From Eledone cirrhosa (taxonomy: Eukaryota), in the NCBI GenBank assembly GCA_964016885.1, contig OZ024743.1, positions 224,254,001-224,318,000 of the forward strand: a stretch of 64,000 bases of DNA, in the 5' to 3' direction. Numbering within the stretch: position 1 is the first letter of the stretch; each line of letters begins with the position of its first letter. Shown here one piece after another: positions 23,801 through 35,800 of this stretch. The translations under genes were made by a program, and so were the position numbers. The notes under the pieces are model-generated. The model saw only the letters and a list, made by a program, of their open reading frames with translations, had not been told where the DNA came from and searched no databases.

Positions 23801-26800
23801 TGCCCTTCCTAACACTAACCACTTTACAGCATTTCATTGTGCCACCATTTTAGAGAATGGGTAATGCTTTAAATAAGGTCACCAGCTGTTCATAACTGAA
23901 GTGGTTTCAAGCTCTGAAGGAAAACTTGCCTTCATATCAAATAAATTTCATTAACAACTTACTTGCACTTTTTTTTGAATTTGGTATTTCCCATTTATGG
24001 ATATAATCATTTCTGGAATAAAAAGAAGAAAAAACATGAAATTAGTATGAATTGAAAAAAAAAACAGAAACAATTCTTTTGGTGAAGGAACAATCATCAT
24101 CATCATCATCATCATTTCATTTTACGTCCACTTTTCCCTGCTTGCAAGGGTGGGACGGGAACTGATTCTGGCTTGATTTCTACAGCTGGATGCCCTTCCT
24201 AACACCAACCTCATTTACAGTGAGTGCTGGGTGCTTTTTTGCCGTTGCACCTCCACGACCACTTTGCAGTGGAATGATAAGGACTCCAGTCCCTATCATC
24301 TCATTTCTACAGCTGAGTAAACTGGAGCAATGTGAAATAAAGTGTCTTGCTCAAGGAAACAACACATCACTCGGTCTGAGAATTGAACTCACAACCTTTC
24401 GATTGCAAGGCCAATGCTCTAACCACTAAGCCATGTGCCTCCAAATATGGAATGAAATTCCAGCAAGTCAGAAAGAAAGAAATATACTTAAATGGAAGTC
24501 TTCAAATAATAATCATACCATAAAAAGACTTGAAATTATAGATTAATATTATGGCAGATTTGGGGTCTATGAAATAAAGTCACCCATTTTAAAGGTTTCA
24601 AATTTATATTAAAATCTTACAACATAATTCTATATAAGGGTGGTGGATTGACAGTATCGGTAGAGTTGGACACCTTTACAGCATAGAGTTACGTCCCTTT
24701 ATGATCTGAGTTCAAATCCCACTGAGGTTAACTTTGCCTTTCATCCTTTCGGGGTAGATAATATAAAGTGCCAGTAATGCACTGGGTAATTGCTGGCCTT
24801 GTGCCAAAAAGTAGAAGCAATTATTCTATATAAGAACCTTACATTAAGTTACTATCTTAATGAAATAATTAATGATTTTAATAAATCCCTCAAAATTCTT
24901 CATTAATTAATTGAAATAGAGTGTATATAATAATGAAATATTATGTACAGTACTCAGGTGCACTACAACTCATCGGGAAGCATGAGGGTTTTAAAGGATG
25001 CAGTGTCTCGGCAGCTAACAACTAACGCAGGCAGTTTGTTCCATGCTTCAGCAACTCTGAGCGTGAAAAAATGTTTCCGAAAGTCATGGGAGCTGTTCTG
25101 TTTTCTGATTTTGTAGGCATGTCCACGTGTGTTAGACACATGGAGATCAAAAAGGTGCTCAGGGTTGTTGTTGGCGAGATGGTTAATAACTTTGTGGGTA
25201 TCTCATTAGAAATGCAGTCATGACGGTAATATATATTTTAATCAAGGCTAAAACTTTTCTGTAATATATATATAGTTGCTACATTTCAAATTCTATCTCA
25301 CAGATATATATATCACATTTAGGAGAGATAAATAAAAAATATATCCTAACATCTATAATCTGTTCCTTCAACTTCTAACAGTTTTCATGATCCCTTCAAC
25401 AAAAGCTTATGTTTTTTCAAACTTCAACCAATAAAACAAAACAGATCTTATATTCACTGATGAGAGTCTTTTAGAGAGAAACATTTATAAAAAAAAACAC
25501 TTATGTTTAATTCTTTATGCATTGTTTGGCCTTTCATCATCACCGTTTTACATCCGTTCTTCCACGCTAGCATGGGTTACACGGGTTGTCCTGTTGTGGG
25601 CAGTGTCCGGTCGGATGACCTTGTCTTGCTCATATGGGAACTGATTCAATTAATTAAAATTAATATATTTTAACCTTTTAGCATTTAAACTGGCAGTTTT
25701 CAGCCAGAATTCTCTCACCTCATTCTGTTGAAACTGGCTGTAACATGCCACTCATACTGATCTTAAGGTATTGTTCTCAAAATAAATAACATCAAAATCT
25801 CATAGATTTGATATTAAGTGAGATAAAGCCTTTACCATAAAAATATAATAGTAAATATAGGGTAATGTAAATGTTAAAGTGTTAACAAGTAACCTGAATT
25901 AAAAACAGAACTTTTTAATGTAAAAACAAGAAAAGCTTTGAGGATACCTCTGGAGTTGGACATGACCTAAACAGCCATCACTTGTGCCATATATAATTCC
26001 ATTACCTTCATCACCTAAAAATGGAAAGTAAAACCACTAAAATAATATATAATATAACCCATGCTAACGTAGAAGAATGGACATAAAATGGTGTTGATGA
26101 TGATGATGATGATGATGATGGCATTAGGAAGGGCATCCAGCTGTAGAAACCAAGAAAGTAAATACATGGGGTAAATATATTCTGAAAAACATTGATATTT
26201 CTGGATGAAAGAAAATAACATTTCTATTGGTCTTCTCAATGCTGATATTGGCAGAAAGAGACAGGAATTGAACTCAGGATGCATGTAGCATCCAAACTAA
26301 GTCTTAAATAATTCTGCCAATTCACTGCTCCTGGACTTGTACTTTATCAACCCTGAAAGAATGAATGGCAAAGTTGATTTCAGGGAGCTGGAACAAATGT
26401 TGAGGCATTTAATCTGATGAACCTCACAATTCTACCAATTCATCACCTTCTGAATGAAATACAAATCTTAATCCTCTTATAACTTACCACCATTATTTTC
26501 AAACAGTTCCAAGACAGTTGGAGACCCAGTAACTTCAATGCGGTACTTTATACTGGAATCCTTCATTTGAAAAAATATATACAATAACATTGTAAATATG
26601 AAGTATTGAAGCATTGGTTGGATATGAAATTCTTAGATGTAGAAATCCAAAATGAAAAAAATAACTGTAGCCATAGTCGATTGCTATAAACTATAGCTTA
26701 GAAAATTGAGTAAAGTAGCCCTAAGATGGGAAAAAGTGGCCAGCAGCTGCTACAAAGAATCAAACTGAATATTTCTCAAATAACGTGGTCATCTGACATG

Positions 26801-29800
26801 CCTCATTTCAGAGCCCATCCAACTCATACCAGCATGGAAAAAATGGGCATAAAAATGCAGAGTTTTATTTTTTGTAGCAGCTACTGGCCAGATTTTTCCA
26901 TCTGCAGGGGTACTTCACCCGATTTTCAAAGTAATCAACTGTGGCTACAATTATTTTCTGCATTTGAGATTCCTACATGTTCTAAGAATATACAATAACA
27001 TTTAAATTATTATAATAAATGCTTAATTCATTACAAATAACAGCAGTGAAAGCAAATGAAACACATAAAATTTTGTTATGTTATGCTCCAAACACTAGCT
27101 TAATAATTAGATAGTTTGTTCTTTTACAAAATCCCTCCAAAAACTGCCTATGATTTTCAAAATGATATGAAAATTATGTGCAGTGTTTTTTTCTTAGAAA
27201 TATAACAGAAAGATTAAATCTTCCGTGACATACTATAAATAGCATAATCATTTTGGTTCTTCCTTTAAAAGTTTCCAAAGCTCTTTTAAAACCAACCTGC
27301 ACAAAAAACCCCTATATTTTGTGTACAAAACACACATCAAGCTGTATATGATTATCATTACTATGATGATAATGATGAAATAAATAAGGGGAGGATGACT
27401 TAACAATTCTAATATAACTGTTAATAAACTAATTACTAAATTCATCTGATGATGATGTCTGTATCTCTACAAAATCAAACAATCCATGATGGCTACAAAA
27501 AGATTTAACAACAGAAACATTTAACTGTTCTTTATCTGTCCTGATCCCATTTATATTTATTTTTTTCTCTCTTGCTTTTGTTTTCTTCTCATATATAAAA
27601 GGTATTAGGTACCTTTCTCAGTCTATCATGACTTACCAGCTTTACATGGTTACACACCTTTTCAGAACCCTATTTCTAATGAAATATATTCTATTTCAAT
27701 TAATTAATGAAGAACTTTGAGGGATTTACTAAAATAATTAATTATTAATTAGTAACTTAACACATAGTTCTTATATAAATTATATTGGAAGATTTCATTA
27801 GAAATAAGATCCTTTTAAAATGGGTTGTATATATATAGGCGCATGGCTTAGTGGTTAGAGCATTGGGCTTCCAATCGAAAGGTTGTGAGTTCAATTCTCG
27901 GACCGGGTGATGTGTTGTTTCCTTGAGCAAGACACTTTATTTCACATTGCTCCAGTTTACTCAGCTGTAGAAATGAGATGATAGGACTGGGGTCCCTATC
28001 ATTCCACTGCAAAGTGGTCGTGGAGGTGCTCACAACAGGACAACCCGTCTAACCCATGCTAGCGTGGAAGAACGGACGTAAAACAGTGATGATGATGATA
28101 TATATATCATCATCATCTTCGTTTAACGTCCATTTTCCACGCTAGCATGGGTTAGACGGTATATATATAATCCGCTGGATGTGCGATGTGACCACTGAAA
28201 TCCTGAAAAGAATGCTGACCTTGAGGATGTGCTTCACATGAGACGCATGCACTGGTCGAGTGCAGTGAGGGCTAGATCAGCAAAGTGATGAATGTCGATC
28301 CAGGAGGCAGTAGAGGCCCAGGAAGACCAAAAAGAACTTGGATGGAGGATGTCCATCAGGATCAAGCTAGGCTTGGCCTGGCCCAAGTGAGACTGGTGGA
28401 CAGAAACACATAGAGCAGGACCCTAACCTTAACCCACTTAGGGATTCATTGTGTCCTACATAAACTCAAAGCTGGAAGATGATGATGATGATGAACAAAC
28501 CTGAACAACAAGTAGAAGTTGGTCTTTAGATGCCAAAACTGGTGTGACATTGTGTTGTTTTACTTTTGGTAAACAAATAACATCATTTATACGGTCAGCA
28601 CACAATATGTTATTTATATCATTACATTCCTTGTAATGGCTGAATATGTAGTTTCCGCATACAAAAAGATCAGCTCCATCAACATACCTATAAGAGAAGA
28701 ATTACACATTCTGACATCAATCCTTTTAATTGCCTGTGACTGTTCTAAAAATGAGATAGGCATGTCTATATACATATACCATATACACTTGAATATAATC
28801 CGACCCCCCTCTATTATATGTCTGAGAAATGGGCAAAAATTCAAATTCTATTTATAAGCTGAGGCAGCATTATATAGATGGCATGGTTCTGAAATTCTCA
28901 TAAGTATAAAATATATTTATGAAGTTTTAATATTTTGATATTTTAAATGTTTTAAGTGTTGTTTAGAGTATAGTTTTGGTTTCACAACTCCATTACGTAA
29001 TGATTTTTTACCATTAAATCTGTTTTATAAAATTTCAACGATTTTCTCAAATTTTTGTTTACTTCCGACCACTCACATGCTAGGAGTATTTAAAAAAAAA
29101 AAGAGATTAAATAAGAGAACTTTGTATAGAGGTTCTCAGAGTAGAAGAGGGAGGGAGAGAGTAAAAGTAGAGAGAGAAAAAGAGAGGACAAGAGGGAGAA
29201 GGGAGAGAGAGTGAGAGCAATAAAACACAAGTCAGAAATAAGATTTCAATCTTAAATAAGATTGAAAGAAAAAGTATTATTAAGTCCGAGCAAAACATGT
29301 GTGTATGTATGTGTATGTGATGTGTATGTATGTGTATGTGATATTTATGTATTAAAAAGTAAAAGTAGTTTATTCATCAATCTGAGATTTTTTCCAAAGA
29401 ATAAGAATATTGTTTCATCATATCGAAATAAACAATGTACATGAAATTACATTATAGCAAAGTTCACATTTTTTCTCAAACAAATATACTAACAATATAG
29501 ATAGCTTGAATTTACAAACACAAATGTTATAGCTGTCAAAATTTAACACATACACACATATATATCTTACTTAATTACATAAATATTTCACCTGAAAATG
29601 TAGAAACAAAATGAAAGAAAATATTAAGTCAACACTAAGAGTGTCAATCAGTCACACACCAAAAGGGGTGCCAGGACCCTCCCTCTAATACTTTTTGAGG
29701 CAAGCCAACACACTAGCAGCATTACCTTGGGTGACAGCAAGGGCAAGGCACTGGGACAACCAAGCACCCTCACGGACATTACCTGATACCTTGGTAAGGC

Positions 29801-32800
29801 AAGCCACCAATGAGGGCAAGAACTTCATTAAAAAGTTCAAATTATAAAAATTTGCTGGAAATATTTTCAAGGGAATGATAAATAACAGAAATGTTGATCT
29901 AATAAATGTAGAAAAAGAGTGTTTCACAGTAAAATAATCACTCCAAATATTTTAGCAACTTATTTAGGGAGAATTTGAAGCTGCTGGTGAAAATTGGAAA
30001 AATGTTGACCCCCAAATATATGCCACCCCCCATTTTACCAACGATTTATTTTGTCACATATTTCTCAGCTTATATATGACTATATATGATAATTAATATG
30101 GTTGAGCCATTAGTCATTTCTAAGAGTTTCTACACAGGATTACATGTCTTCAAAACATAAATAACTGACTGTTCTTTAAAGTTAGTCCAAACTAGAACAT
30201 TTTTATATTTATAATTGAATATGTAGAATGACTCTAGGTTTTGTATCAAATCTCTCTGTGGCATAAGACCAGGCAGCCATGCAACAACTACATCAGCTTC
30301 ATAAAATATTTTGTGCTTGCTTTTATTCAATTTCTAAACATTTCCTAATGTAGAGTGTTATAGAAATAAATACAATTTAATAGATAAAATTTATAAAATA
30401 TTCCAAAATATGTATACATACATTGATTCGATATTCTCAGATAAATTGGTGTTAAATAATAAAAATTGCTTTCCCTTTTTGGAAAAACCCCACACCTCAG
30501 ATCCACATGCAACAAAAATATTACTTTTTGAAGCTTCATTAGCACCTCCAAGTTTAAGTCTTGATATTTTGTGGGAAGGTAATGTTTTGAACACAGACTG
30601 AAAACAAAAGAAAGAGAAAGAGATTTATTTTGATACAGCTTCTTGGTTAGAAAAATATAACTAAATATGAAAATATAAGTTAGAATTAACATCTCAGAAA
30701 AAAAAGAAGTCCAGTGGCTATAAAAGTATTTTTAACTACAACACAAATTCAAACTCTGTTATAGCCAATATTCAATACTCTAGAAACAATAATCTGGTTA
30801 TGTAAATTTTCCTAGGAAAAAATAATAAAAAATATCTTGTACTTCACAACTACAGTATTATCTTTAAAAATGGTATCATACTGTACAAAACATTTGTTTC
30901 AAAAATTGCCATACAAATCAACTCTTCTTATACCAACCTACCTTAAACTGCCCCTGGTTCTATAATACAAAATTTCCCATTTTAAAGTGTTCATATTTAT
31001 ATTAAAACCTTCCATCATAATTTTATGTAAAAACTTTGTTAAGTTTTACTTCAAACATGAGTTTAGTAATAGCAAACTTAAGTTATTTTATTGAATGCTT
31101 CAATTTTGTTATGGTACAATTTGTTTATAATAAAATTAGAAAAGAAATAAAACACAATAGAATAAGAAATAGGTTGGATATATAAACAGTTGCTTTTGTA
31201 TCAATACTAACCTGGGCTCTGTTGCACTTCAAGCTGAGGAGGGTAAACTCTTCAACAGGTTTGCAGTTGAGCCCATAGCAGTGGAGACTTCTGATGTCCT
31301 TGGCTCTAGGGCCATCTCCCTACTCACCACCATGGGTTTGCGACCTGTATGTGTGAGCCTCACAAGCTGGAATGGCTCTTCCAGTGTGTCTCTTTCACCA
31401 TCCTCCGGGGAAACACCTCTATTCTGTCCGCCAGGGCCATAGAGCACCCAGCGTGTTGGCTCCCATTTGCTCATAATAGTGAGAGATGAGGAGAGTGGGA
31501 GAGATGGTGCAGTGACAGTGGGAGTTTGGTTCCTTTGTGTTCAAACTTGGGGTATATATTTATTTACAGCACATGTTAGTAACTAAGACTGTTATTTAAA
31601 CCTTAACCCTAACCCAAGAGTAACTGTAATGTACTTACAATTATTTCTTGTTTCTTCACCCCAAAGCATTGAACAACTCCATTATTATCAGCAATTGCAA
31701 TCTGAAATTACAAAGACAAAGAATTATTTTCACTTTCACTCATGTAAGAAATATATGAATTAGTAATATCATAATCATTAGAGGATTGTTATTTCCCTGA
31801 CATATTTGTTTAGTAAGTAAATCGAATAATGATTCATTGTTGACAACAATTGCCCAAAGGTTGGTACCATGATAAAATGCACCTGGCCCACACTGTTTAA
31901 CCCTTTAACATTTAAACCAGCCATATCCGGCCAGAAATCTCTCACCTCTTTCTGTTCAAATCAGCCACCCATACCAACATTAAGGTATTGTTCTCAAAAT
32001 GAATAATATCAAAATCTCATAGTTTCAATATTATGTAAGGTAAAGCCTTTACCATGAAAATACAATAGTATATATAGAGTAATGTAAATATTGGAGAGTT
32101 AAGTGGTAGTGCTGGTGCCATTCTAAAATGCACCCAGTACACACTGTAAAATGGTTGACATTAGGAAGAGTATTCAGCTATAGTAACCATGCCATGAGCA
32201 AGACAGGATCATCTGACCTTTCTGATCTTAGAACGTGACAACCTGTTCAAACTATGCCAGCATGGAAAACAGATGTAATGTGGTGACGATCATAAAAACT
32301 AAAATAGATCAGACTAATTCAAATTTTGGCAAAAATTTATTTTCCAGAATAAACTTTATAAAACAATAACATTTTCAGGGAATGAAAAATTATCAAGTTC
32401 AACTAAATAGTTTACTATTTAGAAGCATATATGATGTCTTGTATATAAAAAAAATAATACATAAATAGGTTAGTAGTGAGTTTAATAATCAAGTCAATTC
32501 ATTTTACCTTTTGTGTTTTTCCTGTTGATGGAAGTAATCTCATAGTATTTGGATTAGTGGTACCAACCTAAAAAGTAAATGTTAAAGAGATAATAAAAAT
32601 ACAAACATAAAAAGAAAACAGGAACAGCCTATTACAAAAAACTAACCAGCAAAAGGTAAATGGTATAAAAAATCTATTAAGCCCTTCATTACCATATTTC
32701 TCATGAGATACAACATATTTCAATGAATTAATGGGATTTACCAAAATTTTGGTTATTTCATTATTAAGATGGTGTTTGTAACATAACCTAACAAATGGTT

Positions 32801-35800
32801 CTTATATTAAATTATGTTGGAAGGTTTTAATTTAAATAGGAACACCTTAAAACAGGTTGTTTAGTTTCATAGAACGTAGTTTTTGTGTGACTCTGATTCA
32901 GGTTGAAGTTTATCAAAGGAGTAGGAAGAGCAGTGTCCAGAAAAGGTTGTGTCCAAGAAAAGGTTGTGTCTATGGAAGGGTAGAGTCCAAGTTTAGGAAG
33001 TAAAAATGGCAGTGTCCAGAAAGGGTAAAGTCCAGGAAAGACAGTGTACAAGAAAGGGCAGTGTCTGGGGAGTAGGAAGGAGTGTCCAGGAAGCCCAATG
33101 TCCAAGGAAGGACAGTGCAAGGAAGAGCAGTGTCCAAGGTGTAGAAAGAGCTGTATCCCAAGCAGAACAGTATCCAAGATGGGCAGTGTCCAAGAAGGGT
33201 AGAATCTAAGAAGGACAGTGTCCACGAAAGGACTGTCCCAAGAAGGGCAGTGTTAAGGAAGGACCGTGCCCAGGATGGGCATTGTCCATAGGTATTTCAA
33301 TAGCTTTAAAACTAAGAACATGTGGTGAGGTCGTTGTTGTTAACATTTTGTTTGAAGTTTTGCAGATGGGAAACAAGAAAAGAATCAAAAGATATTTGAA
33401 TCACTATATAAATATTCTAGACAAATACTGAGGAGGTTAGCGGCGTGTTTCCTATCTATATAAGCCGCGGTAATACTTTGAAAGCCTTCGATGTTCGAAA
33501 ATAAAATGTCAATTAAATCAAGTTAATTTAACAGTGGAAGGGAAGAAAATCTTGCAACATACAGAAAAAAGTCTGCATAGATTATTTCCCTTTGGTTAGC
33601 AATTCGAATTCGTTTAAACCAGTGATTCTTAACCTTTTTCTATTACGGCACCCCTTGAGATTTCGAAATTCCACCCCGCACCCCAAGGCCTAGCACATAA
33701 GATAAAAGAAGTTGAATTTTCAGGTCAAATTACCAGTTAATTAACTACTATGATTAATAAATACAATTTTTCCCCCTATTAAATCCGACCTTGTTGGGGC
33801 GACTCTCTGATCTCCGAGCTACGCACTTCATCGAGTACCGTTACTCCAAAGACCCTTCGGAGGAAACCCATCACAAGCGCTTGTATCGGCGATCGTATTC
33901 CTTCAGTCATCACCAAGACTCATCACTACAGGTAAGGGTTGGCACGAATACCGAATTGAAAATAGCGAGTTTGTCTTTTACACCTACTTCTCTTTTTCTG
34001 ATTACCGAATTCTGAAGCTAGAACATTACTGCACCAGCTCCTGCAATTCTTGCACTTAATTCATAATATACTGTTAATGGAAAACAACGTACGATAATTA
34101 CGCGTGTGTGCGTGCGTGTCAAATATGCCTATGCTTGTGCGCGCGCGTAACGTAGCTTTCTCTGTCTCTCTCTTTACAAGTCACTTCGCTCACGACGTAA
34201 ACTTTCTTCCACTTATCTGGTAATTCCCTCTATCCCTCTTCTCTTCATATGTTGTCAAACAACATCGGAGAGACCAACGAATCAAATTAACGGAAAGATT
34301 ATCAAAGTCAATAAAATAAAATACCAGTCAAGTACTCGGGTCGATATAATCGACTTTGGCGTTCCTTACTTTTAGCGGTGTCAAGAATGAAAGTAAATTT
34401 ATTTTCATTTTCGAACGTCGTGAAAATGAAATGAACCGGTATTCTGGGGGTGTCGATAAATGGAGATGGCGATGCAACCGCGACAAATTCAGTCAATCGG
34501 TGCGACAGAATTCTTTTTTTGAACGAAGCCATGTGCGACTGGATCACCTTATTGTACATGTGGTGTTATGATCACACACAAGTTGAGATGATTAGAGAAA
34601 CGGGAGTCTCCGAACGGAGAGTTATAGACTGGTGCAATTTCATTAGAGAAATGTGTGAGCAGTATTTGGAGGAAAATCCTCAAGAACTTGGAGGATTCGA
34701 TGACAATGGTGAGTTCATCATTGTCGAGATAGACGAATCGAAATACTTCCATAGAAAGTATCATCGTCGCCTGTTGAGACAAGGCCACTGGGTCTTCGGC
34801 GCTGTTGAGCGCCATTCTGGTCGCTGCTGCCTTGTAGAAGTCCCAAATCGAAGTCGTGACACTCTCGTCCCCATCATTCAACAGTGGATTTTGCCAGGTA
34901 GCCGCATCATATCCGATGGTTGGGCTTCCTATTCGGAAATTGAGGAAATTGAAGGTGGGATTTACCTTCATGATATTGTGGTGCACGAACGGAACTTTCT
35001 AGTAAACACACACACACACAAAATGTAAATAAATTATCGAAAATGGAAATAAATTTACTTTCAATCTTGACACCGCTAATAGTAAGGAACGCCATCGACT
35101 TCCCCCTCCCCCAAATTACTGGTCTTTGTGCCAAAGTGGAAATTATTATTTATTCACGTACCGATTAATCTGGATGTATAAATATCATTGTAAATAACTA
35201 AGCTGACAGTGCCGGCACCTTGGCTTCGTTATCGACCGCGATAATGTCGTGTTTTATGATGCTGTCAAAATGTTTAGAAGTGAACACTAGCATTCCTAAT
35301 TTTAGTGTGTAATACAGTGAGTGTGTGTGTCTTTTATTATTGTTATTTTTTTTTTCTAGTTTCTTTTTATTAACAGTGAATAAGAGCGGTAGATTTGGCA
35401 GAATCGTTAGAGCGTCGGACAAATGCTTAGCAGTAATTTGTTCGACTCTTTCCTTTTCGAACTCAAATCATACTGAGGTCAGCTTTGTATTTCATTCTTA
35501 CGGAGTTGATAAAATAAAGTGCAAGTTAAGTACGATTTTTCCTCCATTGGCATGATGCTTAAATTAGAAACCATTAAAATAAAGTACCAGTAACACACTG
35601 AGATATTTGCTGGCCTTGTGCCAAAAAGTAGAAACAATTATTAACTGTAAATAAACAGATGCATGGATACCATTTGATTATTTCCCTTTAGTTTAATATT
35701 ATATTTGTTTAACTTTGAATATTGCACAGCAGTGCAACAAAATTCCGAAAGAAATCCTTTACGTATTTTCAAAATAAAACAAAATTTTACCTGAGTATAA

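Noticed and set aside
32827-33290. ORFs over a short-period repeat
   Set aside because: Degenerate minisatellite with no recognisable protein and no spacers
34450-35028. IS1595-like transposase as bacterial contamination
   Set aside because: It sits with TIRs and a TSD inside a host SINE within a BBS7 intron, consistent with eukaryotic Merlin
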